Source of the DNA: a virus
Taxonomy: Duplodnaviria > Caudoviricetes
DNA length: 64,000 nt
Direction: 5' to 3' (one strand)
Virus record (IMG/VR): IMGVR_UViG_3300021400_001366
Span: 32,001-96,000 of that record
The stretch's first letter is position 1. Each line of letters opens with the position of its first letter. Position numbers and translations under genes: made by a program. Below the pieces are notes generated by a model, which saw only the letters and a list, made by a program, of their open reading frames with translations, had not been told where the DNA came from and made no database searches. Below, piece by piece: positions 17,455 through 27,985 of the stretch.

Positions 17455-19100
17455 ATGAACGGAGTGGATTTGATGTTTATCGGATTCATTGTTGGACTGA
17501 TTACCGGTATCGTCATCTTTTATTTCACCGATACTGCGCGTTTACGGCATTTCAGTGATAGAGGATATGATAGGGCAGTTGCAGACATTATGAAGTATGG
17601 CTACTACTACGACAAGCACAATAGGCGACGATACATATAAGGAGATCATATGCTGATTCCTAAAATCATTTGTCACAGAAAGAACGAGCATAGGGTTGCT
17701 TACCAGCTAACCAAAGAGAACGCCGAGCAGTTGCTTGACTTCATGGAATACAAACTTGGCGATGACGAGAAAGGCCAGTACGCCAGAATTACAGATGATG
17801 GTATCGAGTATGGGTTTCACGGCAGCTACGACAAAACCGCGAAATTCGGCACGATCTTTGTTGTGGAAGATGCTCATGACTGGTGGCACAACTACAGCAT
17901 GGCAGAGTTTAACAAGAAGTTTGACGTTGTTTCAGGATAACGGAGGTACATATGAGCGCAAGAGACAATTGGGCGAAGTCGTTTGATCTCAGCAAGACCA
18001 CGCTATATCCGCTTGAATCGTGTGATATTCGGCTGTACATCACCAAAGATGTTATCCATACGGGGCCTTGCATTGGCAATGAAGATCCGCACGGTAGGCT
18101 TCCGATCTATCATGTTTGGGATGGTGACAAGCATGTTTATTGCGGTCAGTCAATGCAGTATGCGTACAATATGTATCGTAAGCTGTTGAATGACGCTATG
18201 AATCGAGCGGCTACATAATAACAGGTGAGGCTTATGGATAGACTGATTTCGTTTAACAAGGTGTGCGAATACGCAGAATCGCTTGGGTTAGAGAAATTGG
18301 CAGTAGACGGAGATTATCACGGCATGTACGTCTGTTTGGCAAGAGCGATAAGTAAATATCAGGGTATTGATGCCGTTGAAGTTGTTCGCTGCCGTGATTG
18401 CGTAAAGCGCAAAACCGAGGATTGTCCTATGTATTTCTGGGATGAATACGATGACGGGTATACCGACAACACAAAGGACGATGGATTCTGCGATAGGGGT
18501 GAAGCGATTGAAAAATGATCTGATTTCGAGAGTGGCGGTGCTACGCTTGCTTGATGAAAACAGCGTAGTGTTTCGCGGTGAGATTGAAAAGTTGCCTACC
18601 GTAGATGCCGCGCCGGTGGTACATGGGCGATGGATAGATCACAAAGATGAACACCAATGTTCTGAGTGTAAGGAAATTACAATCGTTGATTTCTACGTTT
18701 GGAAGAACGTGCAATTTGATTATTGTCCTTATTGCGGCGCGAAGATGGACGGTGAAGCGTAATGGATGATCTAATTTCTAGGGCGGCGGCGATTGATTAT
18801 CTAATGACAAATATGAACTGGCATGACGAGGACGGCTATACGGTTGATGACGCAGATGAAAAACGAGCTATCATAACGGATTTGGTTAATGGGATTCCCG
18901 CTGTGGAAACTGTGCCGGTAAAGCATGGGCGGTGGGAGGCTGATAGTGACGGATTACCTGTATGCTCAGTCTGCGACGAAGTTGCAATGCAGAGGTTACA
19001 TTGCGATACTTTGCATGGGGCATGGAGGTATGATGTGCGTTTGGTGAAAACACCTTATTGCCCGAACTGCGGCGCGAAGATGGGTAAAACAGATGTATAA
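17455..19100 (+). other. cluster of small hypothetical CDSs (17455-17640, 17650-17940, 17952-18218, 18225-18518, 18508-18762, 18762-19100), several zinc-ribbon paralogs
   Basis: tightly packed ORFs with RBS; recurring VVHGRW...CxxC...CPxCGAKM modules. Confidence 0.65.
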
Positions 19101-19293
19101 ATACTGTACCTACTGCGGCAGCGACCAACACGATACAAAGTATTGTCCACATACATGGGATGGCCAGATTAACCGTGCAAATTTGTATTGCGTTTACTGC
19201 GGCTCAAGAAACCATACCAGCAAGTATTGTCCTAAAGTATGGGGCGGCAATTCAAACAGACTGAACAATTCGAAAGGCGATTTCATTGATTAG
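19093..19293 (+). CDS. small protein with two CCHC zinc knuckles
   Basis: CTYCGSDQHDTKYC and CVYCGSRNHTSKYC both fit C-x2-C-x4-H-x4-C. Confidence 0.8.
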   Translation: MYKYCTYCGSDQHDTKYCPHTWDGQINRANLYCVYCGSRNHTSKYCPKVWGGNSNRLNNSKGDFID

Positions 19294-19304
19294 GAGTAGA
19301 TGCA

Positions 19305-21028
19305 ATGACAATAGGAGAAGCCGTTGAAATTCTTGAAGAAGTAAAGATTATGGACGATTCCATGTATGCGTTTAACGACTCCTATTTGGTCGCGCTTGAT
19401 ATGGCGATTGACGCGCTGAAAATGCAGAATCTAACGGTAGAGCCGAAACTGCTTGAGCTTGAAGATGAAACCAAGGCATGGCTAGACGAAATGGATGCCG
19501 TCGATGCGTTGGGGAATATTGCCAACATATGCATGGACTTTGATGGTTATAGAACTGCAAATGGCCTTGGTGAATTAATCAACGAAGTTCGGACTTATGC
19601 CAAATACTGTGCTGACAGGCTCAAAGCGCGTGAACAACAGCACGATTACGAAACGTCTGTTGAAGTGGCTCAGTATTGCGAACGATATGAACCGACTTAT
19701 AATCCAGAAGATGGGAGCATGTAAATGTGTACATACTTTAATAACAATGGAAAAGCGCCGTGTTGTACGCATGATTGTGAAGGGTGCATATGGCATGAAG
19801 AAGAGGATGATGACGAAGAATGACCGGCAGAGAATTGATTGACTGGATTGTGGATTTCCACGCAGAAGATATGGATATTGTCGTTCAGTATCGTGACGGT
19901 GGCGGCGATTATATTGGCGGCGAGATCGTAAATCAACCGATATTGGCGAATGTGCGCAGCTCTGGTATACCGTATTCCGATGGAGTCACTATAACATACG
20001 GCGGCTTACCGACAAATGGAGTGATTTTGTAGCATGATTGCAAGCGGATTAATGGTTGACCTGCTTGATACGTTTAAGCAGGAGAGTCCAGACCAAATTC
20101 TTGTGGTAGAAACACCAAAAGGAACCGTGTCTTTGCGAATTGGTGACGCTCTTATTTATGAGGATGGCTACGGGCGTGTTGTTATCGATTCTGAATGAGG
20201 TCTGATTGTCATGAAACTATTTCATTGCCCATACGAGGATTTGCTTGAACAAGGGAAGATGGTATGCGATGACGGAGCTTTAGGCTGCGATGATTCAATC
20301 AAACAATGTCCAACCGATGTGTTCAATAAATGTCAGGAGGGTGAGTGCATGGATGAAAAGTATTTGCCAGGCCAAGCGTTGGCACAATACAAAGATCGAA
20401 TAGAAAAGATGCATAAGATAGACGAAGTAATTAAAGGATTGAAAATCTGCGATCTGGATGCTTGCACAAAAGAAAGACGAGAACAATGCCCTTATTACGA
20501 AGGGCCTGAAACCGATTTCTGGGGCAATCCAGATGGTTATATGTGTAATTACAATTTGCGACATGACGCGATTGAATTCCTGGAGGCACAATTTAAAGCC
20601 ATAGACTTTCTGCTAAAGGCGCTGGATGCGCTTCGCCTGATAAGACCATGAATGAGGAATGAAACGACACTTTTAAGGGCGGTGAACACATGAGCAAGTC
20701 GGGTATCTGGACTGAAATGGTTGAAGAAATCGGCAGTTACTTCGATGATACAAACGAAGGAGAAGCGGCTAGAAGCTATAACTATGGCCTTGAATGTGCT
20801 ACTTCTATAGTCAACAAGTACAAAGATGAATTATTGAACGAAGAAACGGAATGGCTGAAGCCAGACAGATGCCTTCATGATACGTCAGACCAAATGTATA
20901 TCGCCTATCAACCCGGCTATCCTCTGATGATTGCAGATTGGCAAGTAGGGCGCGGATATAGAGATGTAAGAACCGATATATCAATTCAGCCGACCTACCT
21001 TTCCAGATTTTCACCGCCCAAAATCTAA
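19305..21028 (+). other. cluster of small hypothetical CDSs (19305-19724, 19820-20032, 20211-20651, 20690-21028)
   Basis: co-oriented ORFs with RBS; no recognisable motifs. Confidence 0.6.
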
Positions 21029-21039
21029 GGAGCGTTCGC

Positions 21040-21852
21040 ATGGTAAACGACGAATTAGGCAAGCGCATGAAAAAGTATGAGTACATAACGCGCACTCATT
21101 TAACTCCAAGAACGCCAGTGATTATCAGGATTGATGGCAAGGCATTTCATACGTTCACGCGCGGTTTCAAAAGGCCGTTCGATGAAATCCTGGTCAGCAC
21201 TATGCAAAAGACCATGAAATACCTTTGCGAGAATATTCAGGGCTGTGTCCTAGGCTATACGCAATCGGATGAAATCACGCTGGTTCTCGTTGACTACAAG
21301 AATATAAATAGCGCCGCATGGTTTGACTATAACATCCAAAAGTGTGTAAGCATCTCCGCGAGTATGGCGACCATGGCGTTCAACAGAATCCATTTGAAGG
21401 TTAATAGCGATTATGCTATTCAAAAGACTTCTGCGCGTAATGACATCTGGCTTGTTGGCGAAGATGCTGAATTGTACGACGTTCACGAAAAGGCCGCACA
21501 AAAGGGTGCTATGTTTGATGCCAGAGCATTCAATCTCCCCAAAGAAGAGGTTTGTAACTGCCTCTTATGGCGACAACTAGACGCAATTAGGAACTCGATT
21601 CAGATGGTTGGTCAAGCAAATTTCAGCCATAAGGAATTGCAGAACAAATCATGCAACGACATCCAGGAAATGCTTTTCTCGCAGAAGGGCATTAACTGGA
21701 ATGATACGCCTATACATCTGAAACGTGGTAGCTGTTGTGTGAAGAAAGAAAACGCAGACAAGATGGGTAGGTCAAAGTGGGTTATCGACCTGGAAATCCC
21801 GGATTTCAAAGGTGATGGCAGAGAATACGTCGATAAGCTCATTATGATATAA
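21040..21852 (+). CDS. tRNA(His) guanylyltransferase Thg1-like protein (3'-5' polymerase)
   Basis: IIRIDGKAFH, YTQSDEI, FDAR, WRQxD and NSI motifs. Confidence 0.93.
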   Translation: MVNDELGKRMKKYEYITRTHLTPRTPVIIRIDGKAFHTFTRGFKRPFDEILVSTMQKTMKYLCENIQGCVLGYTQSDEITLVLVDYKNINSAAWFDYNIQKCVSISASMATMAFNRIHLKVNSDYAIQKTSARNDIWLVGEDAELYDVHEKAAQKGAMFDARAFNLPKEEVCNCLLWRQLDAIRNSIQMVGQANFSHKELQNKSCNDIQEMLFSQKGINWNDTPIHLKRGSCCVKKENADKMGRSKWVIDLEIPDFKGDGREYVDKLIMI

Positions 21853-21862
21853 GGGGGGGGGG
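21853..21862 (+). repeat. G10 homopolymer forming the RBS region of the next gene
   Basis: TAA GGGGGGGGGG TGCGGCGAC ATG seen directly. Confidence 0.85.
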
Positions 21863-21871
21863 TGCGGCGAC

Positions 21872-22381
21872 ATGAAGAAAGAAAAGATGGTATTCAATCT
21901 TTCTCACAAAGATCAGGATGAATGGAGAGAGTACCCGATAGACATTGATTTTGTATTCTATCCTAAAGAATCTCACATGCATGGCTTCCACGATGAGCCT
22001 CCTAAAACTTTCAAGGGAGTCTACAAGGTTTATTACTGCTGGGCGATAGAGAAAACCAAGGGGCCACATCCTGCAAAACCGTTGTTTAGCATTGGCTGCG
22101 ACGAGTGTTCTGCCTTGACTGATTTGTCCGAAGTAATACGCCAGTGCATCAGAGAAAAGAAGGATAAACGCTGTTTAACGGCGGGTCAAGATGGTTCTGA
22201 CTGGCATTTATTCTTCATAAAACGTGGCTTTTATCCTGCTGCAAGAATCGGTTTTTACGTGTTTAGCAACTTCACTAACAAGGGCTATCGCTTCTATCTT
22301 GAAGCAGAACGCGCTGAACAGTTTGCAGATTTCCTCGATGAAGTGAACAACCATATGCTGGAGAATGGAGAACCGATATGA
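21872..22381 (+). CDS. hypothetical protein
   Basis: 169-aa ORF. Confidence 0.65.
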   Translation: MKKEKMVFNLSHKDQDEWREYPIDIDFVFYPKESHMHGFHDEPPKTFKGVYKVYYCWAIEKTKGPHPAKPLFSIGCDECSALTDLSEVIRQCIREKKDKRCLTAGQDGSDWHLFFIKRGFYPAARIGFYVFSNFTNKGYRFYLEAERAEQFADFLDEVNNHMLENGEPI

Positions 22382-22653
22382 GAACTATTACGACATATCA
22401 GTGCGAAGGATGTGGCAAGAGGTTCACTGAAAGATTTGCCGCAGCAAAACACGAAGCCGAGTGTTATAAGATTCGGCTGGATGATATGAGGGCATGGGCT
22501 TCTGCATTGGACACTGTTCACACTGGTACCCGTAGTTGGGACAGAATTGCCGACGCAGACGCTTATCTGGATCGCTTCTATGAGAAGTATAAAACGTCCA
22601 GAGATAAGATGCCTTATTACTACGAACCTTATATACATATCAGATATGATTAA
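22378..22653 (+). CDS. small C2H2-like zinc-finger protein
   Basis: YQCEGCGKRF...HEAEC. Confidence 0.6.
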   Translation: MRTITTYQCEGCGKRFTERFAAAKHEAECYKIRLDDMRAWASALDTVHTGTRSWDRIADADAYLDRFYEKYKTSRDKMPYYYEPYIHIRYD

Positions 22654-22831
22654 AGTAAAAGCATTTAGATGGCGCTCTTCTCTTAATGACGATTTACCAG
22701 AAACACAACTAGAGCGCTACATAAAGTATTGGGGCATATCCAGAGAACAGATAATTTCTATCACATCGGGTCGTAGTGACGGATGTGAGGTTTTATATCT
22801 GGTATACGATGACAAGTCGAGGTTTTGATAA

Positions 22832-23344
22832 ATGAAGATGGACAAAGTATGTGACAGCAAGAACGACGAGTTTTACACACCAGAATACGCGATCAGGCCA
22901 ATTATGAAGTACATTGCCCCCCCCGCAAAGATATGGTGTCCGTTTGATACTTCAGACAGTTTATTTGTGAAATGCTTTACAGAATCAGGCTATGAAGTTG
23001 TCAACACTCATATAAGCGATGGCGATGATTTCTTTGATATGGAAGTGCCAGAGTGCGATTACATAATCAGTAACCCGCCTTATTCGCTAAAAACGGAAGT
23101 GTTAGAACGTCTGTTTGAAATAGATAAGCCGTTTGCAATGCTTGTTGGCGTTGTCGGGTTGTTTGAAAGCAAGCGCAGGTTTGAAATGTTTTCAAACAAC
23201 ACTTTTGAGATTATGTACTTGAATAAGCGTGTTTCCTATTTCAAAGATTATTCAGAACAGAAACCATCGTTAAACCCTCCATTTAGTAGCGTATATGTCT
23301 GCCACAATTTACTGCCAGAGAAGATAGTATTTGAATGTGTATAG
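22832..23344 (+). CDS. small N6-adenine DNA methyltransferase with in-frame C8 tract (ON allele)
   Basis: DEFYTP, IWCPFD, DFF and ISNPPYS motifs; C8 at 22917-22924 encodes APP. Confidence 0.8.
   Translation: MKMDKVCDSKNDEFYTPEYAIRPIMKYIAPPAKIWCPFDTSDSLFVKCFTESGYEVVNTHISDGDDFFDMEVPECDYIISNPPYSLKTEVLERLFEIDKPFAMLVGVVGLFESKRRFEMFSNNTFEIMYLNKRVSYFKDYSEQKPSLNPPFSSVYVCHNLLPEKIVFECV
22917..22924 (+). repeat. C8 homopolymer in the 5' region of the MTase
   Basis: ATTG CCCCCCCC GCAAAG seen directly. Confidence 0.9.
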
Positions 23345-23356
23345 GAGGCGATTCAG

Positions 23357-24296
23357 TTGAAAACACCGGACGAACTTAGAGAAATCATAGCCAACGCCAA
23401 AGAAGAAGTCAGACAATTCGACCATCATACAACCTGGGATGATGTAAAGGATATGACTACTGCCGAAGCTATCAGCGTATTATCTAGGCTTGCAAACTCA
23501 GATGGCAGAGATTGGAGCGCAAGACCGCATCTCGCAAAAGCATGTCAAATGGCTATCGAAGCACTACGGAAGGAGAAGGATAATGAAGCCGATTCCTAAT
23601 GGTTATACATATACCCGCTGCGATCAGTACACGCCAGAAGAGTTTGCAAAGCGCCATACAGATTTTCGCGGAAAGCCCAGACCAATTTGTGTTGAGTATA
23701 TGCGGGATCATCCCAAGAAAGTGTATACCACGGATGACGATATTGCGCTAATCGAAATGCTGAATGAACGTAGCGTCGGCAGTATGATACAGTTGACAGG
23801 CAAAAACACCACGAAGCGCTATAAGTATGAGGTCGTGTAGATAGCAGCGAGAATAGAACGTATGAAAGAATACTATCCTGTCTATGACAGAAAGAATGGA
23901 TTGTATTTCATCAAAGATAAGCTACCAAACAACCAGACCATTATCATGTCGTTTGAAAACTACGATAATTCGTATGACACGGATTATTGGAATATCGCGC
24001 TATGCGTTGTGAACAAGCGTAAACACATCGACCATGTTTTTGATAACTGTGAAATCACTGGTGGCGATCCTGTTGCGACGGTTCGTATTGCCAGGGATAT
24101 GTTTTCTTCACTTGAAAACCAGATTATACGAGACATAGATTTATACGGCACGAAACAACACGTTTCATGCACATGGCTTGACGCGAAACGACGGAATGTT
24201 TATGCACATTTCTTGAAGCGGCGAGGGTATCAATACGGCATGTTTGACGGTAAGAAAGTATTGTACAAGGTGTATAAAGGAAGTGATGTTGATTGA
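23357..24296 (+). other. small hypothetical CDSs (23357-23599, ~23583-23840, 23862-24296)
   Basis: packed ORFs with RBS. Confidence 0.6.
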
Positions 24297-25972
24297 TTTT
24301 AACCGAAGATCAGGCAAGTAGAATATCATCAGATGGTTTAATCCATGACGCTGAACGCCTGAAAGAACTGCAAGCTCTACCGCTAGAACGTAAGATTGGC
24401 ATTTCAACGGCAAGAATCATTGAATGGTATCAGTATTGGAATGGCAACGTTTACGTGAGTTTTTCAGGCGGCAAGGATAGTACAGTTCTGCTACATCTTG
24501 TAAGAAGCATTTTCCCGGATGTGCCAGCGGTTTTCTCAAACACAGGTCTTGAATATCCTGAATTGCAGAAATTCGTAAAATCGTTTGATAACGTCATCAC
24601 TCTCTATCCTAAGATCGGTTTCCGTGAGGTTATTTCTACATATGGTTATCCGCTAATCAGCAAGGAAGTAGCTGAAGCTATTTACTATGCACGTAGAATT
24701 AAGCCTCAAAATACCGGGGGGGGGTATTCAAGACTACAAACCGGAAACGTACAGAACTCCAGGGATTGCGAGAGGATTCAGGGAAGCAACAGCAAAACGC
24801 AAAGACCTACTCGGAATACGGGGGGGGGCATCTCGAAACGGATCGTCGAAGGAAAGACCTGCTCAACCTCCGCTCCACGACTGGCGACGAATGGTTCTGC
24901 TCGGAAGCTGCCCCCCCCAAGTACAGACTGGACTAACTGGCGACGTGCATGTCTCTGCAACGCACAAAAACAATTTGGCGAGAAGAGCATGTTCAACAAG
25001 GAGAAGTGGTTGCCGATAGCGCGTGATCTGCCAGTGCCTATTTCTCATTACTGCTGCAATATAATGAAGAAACAGGTCATGAACAAATACGCGCATGAGA
25101 CTGGTCGTAAACCTATTATTGGAACCATGACCGAAGAAAGTCGAATGAGAAAGCAAGCGTGGATTCGTCATGGCTGCAATGCATTTGATAGCAAGAAAGC
25201 GTCCAGTCAACCGCTGAGTTTCTGGACTGAACAGGATGTTCTCACTTATATCAAGTTGTTTGAATTAGAAATCGCGCCAGTGTATGGCGACATCAACATT
25301 GTAGATAGTAAAGGCAATATCGTCGAAACCGACGAAGCTGGTATGCCTGAAGGTTGCAAGTGGGCTTGCAGTAAGTGTACAAGAACAGGTTGGTAATACA
25401 GCCGTGTGTAGTGGCGACATTACATATAATAATAGTGTGAACCCTATTGCTCAGGGGTGTGGCGAAAGCTGCTAACGGTGAAGCCCTTCACGGGGTAATA
25501 CCGTGCCGTTGATAATGCTTAAATTTATTGACGCTAAACAAGCAAATGTCAAATATATTTTACATTATTTGCGGTGTAACGACTATGGTGGTTGCACCAG
25601 TAGGACAGATGATGAGCTACTGTCCGAAGCGCACTACATCTCACTGAGATGAAGAGATAGTCTGGGCTTGTGGAAACACAAGAATAACCGTGTATATACT
25701 GCGGTTTCGGCGCTCACTTAGAGAAAGGCGAAACAAGGTTCCAGCGTCTTGCGAAAACTCATCCACGACAGTATGAGTATTGCATTGGCGGTGGTCAATG
25801 GGTAGATAATCCTGCTTATGATCCTACTGCCAGCATGGAGCCTGATGAAATGGGCTGGGTAAACTACAATCCGAAAAAGATATTCGTGCCTAGCAAAGAT
25901 GGCATTGGCCTGGGTACGGTATTCAAGATGGCTAACGAAGTCATGGGTTACGAATTGTACAGATGGGAGTAG
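24293..25972 (+). CDS. PAPS-reductase-family (PP-loop, Fe-S) protein, probable DNA-modification enzyme; join(24293..25390,25691..25972)
   Basis: SFSGGKDS PP-loop, GYPLISKE, CC, and a RTG|CIYCGFG motif restored by removing the intron. Confidence 0.88.
24716..24918 (+). repeat. three homopolymer tracts (G9 24716-24724, G9 24820-24828, C8 24911-24918) bounding two segments open in all three frames
   Basis: manual translation of the three frames. Confidence 0.9.
25391..25690 (+). mobile_element. group I intron, ORF-less (300 nt)
   Basis: P1 GGU|UG with CAGCC gives a U-G pair at the 5' site; core AACGACUA and AAGAGAUAGUCU; terminal G; removal restores RTGC. Confidence 0.9.
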
Positions 25973-25994
25973 GGGAGTCATATTAGGACTCCCC
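25972..25994 (+). terminator. GC hairpin (terminator or processing site); near-identical copy at 58202
   Basis: GGGGAGTC-ATATTAG-GACTCCCC-TTT. Confidence 0.6.
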
Positions 25995-26063
25995 TTTGGG
26001 AACGACATATTTTCACCAGAAAATACAGTTTGATTGTATTATGCGGTGAAAATGAGGTATAGC

Positions 26064-26597
26064 ATGAAGATTCTTTTCAGGGGTCGTAGCAACGATATAT
26101 GGTACTATGGAGATCTGGTTCATAAAGGCTCTCAGCCACAAATCATTGGATGTACACCGTTCGAATATCGTCAGAGGACGGTAATAATCAACAAGAAAGT
26201 TGATGTTGAGAGTGGTACGGTAGGTCAGTACAGCGGCATTAAAGATCAACGCGGCAACATGATCTTCGACGGCGACATCATCAAGTATGAGCACGAATAC
26301 GAAAGTATCATTTACATATGTGTGGTCAAATATGGCAGATACGAACAGGATGGTAGCGGCGGTGAATATGGCGCGTCAGATTGTCTCGGATGGTATGTCG
26401 AAGCCAAAAGAATGATTATGCCCGACTGGATGTATGAGGATGATGCAGAGTATTATCCTCCTGAATATGAGTTCCAGAGAGGGCTTCTTGAAGTTAACAA
26501 ATCCTGCGAGGTCATAGGTAACATATACGACGATAAGGAGTTGATAGGTAATGACGGTCTGGGAATTGATTGTCGAACTAAGCAAGCATCCACCTGA
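26064..26597 (+). CDS. YopX-family protein
   Basis: ILFRG...WYYGDL...TVGQYSGIKD...IFDGDII...EVIGNIYD. Confidence 0.9.
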   Translation: MKILFRGRSNDIWYYGDLVHKGSQPQIIGCTPFEYRQRTVIINKKVDVESGTVGQYSGIKDQRGNMIFDGDIIKYEHEYESIIYICVVKYGRYEQDGSGGEYGASDCLGWYVEAKRMIMPDWMYEDDAEYYPPEYEFQRGLLEVNKSCEVIGNIYDDKELIGNDGLGIDCRTKQAST

Positions 26598-26724
26598 TAC
26601 CAAGGTTGTAGATTGTTTCGACAGTGAAGTGCTGGTTGCAGTTGAAACCGATGTTCATGTAGCGCATGGCTATAAGGTTGAAGATGAGTTGACCAGGGTT
26701 GTCAGGATTTCATAGGAGGCAAGC

Positions 26725-27276
26725 ATGAGTAAACTTAGCGAAATCTGTAAGTATTACCACGACTTCAAGAATATTAAAAAGTCCGTTGGAGATATGGAGC
26801 TTGACTGTTGCGGCGACATCAATCGTGATATTGACCATCTCATTAGGGCTTGCGAATGGTATGAAAAGTGGAAGATCGACAAGGTGTACTACACCGGCAA
26901 CATTTCAAAGGTCGATGACTGGGTTGGCATTGCAAGAGTAGATCATATTCCGAATAGCACGGTAAACTTCTACAAGCCAATCGAGCTTATGCAAATCTGG
27001 TTTGCTACAGGCCCTTACATTTTCGGTGACGATTACGACAGCGACTTCTTCTCAAAGTTCTATGAAGAGATCAAGAACTCGGTGCCGAAACCAGAATATG
27101 TTGACGATCTGAATCATTCGCTGTATTATTCGCCTGAAAATGCTGCTGCTGCCTACGAAAACTATAAGCGTATCTATAAAGAGTACATGGACAAAAACTT
27201 TGAGCGCCGCAAGCAGAAGCGTATGCAGTATTTGCGTGACGAACTGGACAAGCTGGAAGGTAATCAAGATGGATGA
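26725..27276 (+). CDS. hypothetical protein
   Basis: 183-aa ORF with GGAGG RBS. Confidence 0.7.
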   Translation: MSKLSEICKYYHDFKNIKKSVGDMELDCCGDINRDIDHLIRACEWYEKWKIDKVYYTGNISKVDDWVGIARVDHIPNSTVNFYKPIELMQIWFATGPYIFGDDYDSDFFSKFYEEIKNSVPKPEYVDDLNHSLYYSPENAAAAYENYKRIYKEYMDKNFERRKQKRMQYLRDELDKLEGNQDG

Positions 27277-27490
27277 TTGGATTCTCGTCAAGGATAAGCT
27301 GCCGCCTAACGATGATTGGGTCTTAGTTACGGTTAAAGACGAAAACGGAGACACGCCTTATACATATGTTGACTTTGGCTGGTACGCAGAAGTATTCGGC
27401 TGCGGCATTTGGGTAGTTGACAACATGCTTCGACGCGACATTATGGCGTGGCAACCGCTACCCAAACCGTATCATGAGGTGAAGAAATGA
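27269..27490 (+). CDS. DUF551-like protein
   Basis: WILVKDKLP...AWQPLPKPY. Confidence 0.75.
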   Translation: MDDWILVKDKLPPNDDWVLVTVKDENGDTPYTYVDFGWYAEVFGCGIWVVDNMLRRDIMAWQPLPKPYHEVKK

Positions 27491-27622
27491 ATTGGGTTGT
27501 AACGATGATTGTAGCTGTGTTGTTCGTATTCCTGCTTTTTATATACTCTTTGTTGAGCATAAGTTCGGAGATCAGCAGAGCAGAAGAAGCATACATGCAT
27601 TACGAAGAAGGAGAGCCTGAAT

Positions 27623-27919
27623 ATGATAGCGACGCAGAAGCCGATTGAGTATTCCTACTTTCAGTTTGATGGAGATTTCATGTATTCAAATGGTGAATAC
27701 TACGTGCCGAAGTGGGCGGTTGAAGCTCTCAACGATGGCGACTTTTACTTCGGTAGCGTAAACCGGGATTCGCCGCCTTGCGATCTGTTTCTTGTGGTAT
27801 GGCGTAACGGAATCAGGATGGATGTTCTGGTCGAACCCGGTGATTATATTGTTCGCGATCCTTGGGGAAGCATTTATGCTTGCAAGGCCGAGTATTTTCT
27901 TAACGAATTTAATACATAA
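27623..27919 (+). CDS. hypothetical phage protein
   Basis: PGDYIV...IYACK pattern common in phage small proteins. Confidence 0.65.
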   Translation: MIATQKPIEYSYFQFDGDFMYSNGEYYVPKWAVEALNDGDFYFGSVNRDSPPCDLFLVVWRNGIRMDVLVEPGDYIVRDPWGSIYACKAEYFLNEFNT

Positions 27920-27985
27920 AATCAGCACAAACTTAATATTTAACTGATATACTGAATCAGTCGTTAGGAAATGAGAGGTGTGTGA

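Noticed and set aside
24716-24918. Diversity-generating retroelement or shufflon behind the variable cassettes
   Set aside because: No reverse transcriptase, template/variable repeat pair or inverted recombination sites seen in the window.
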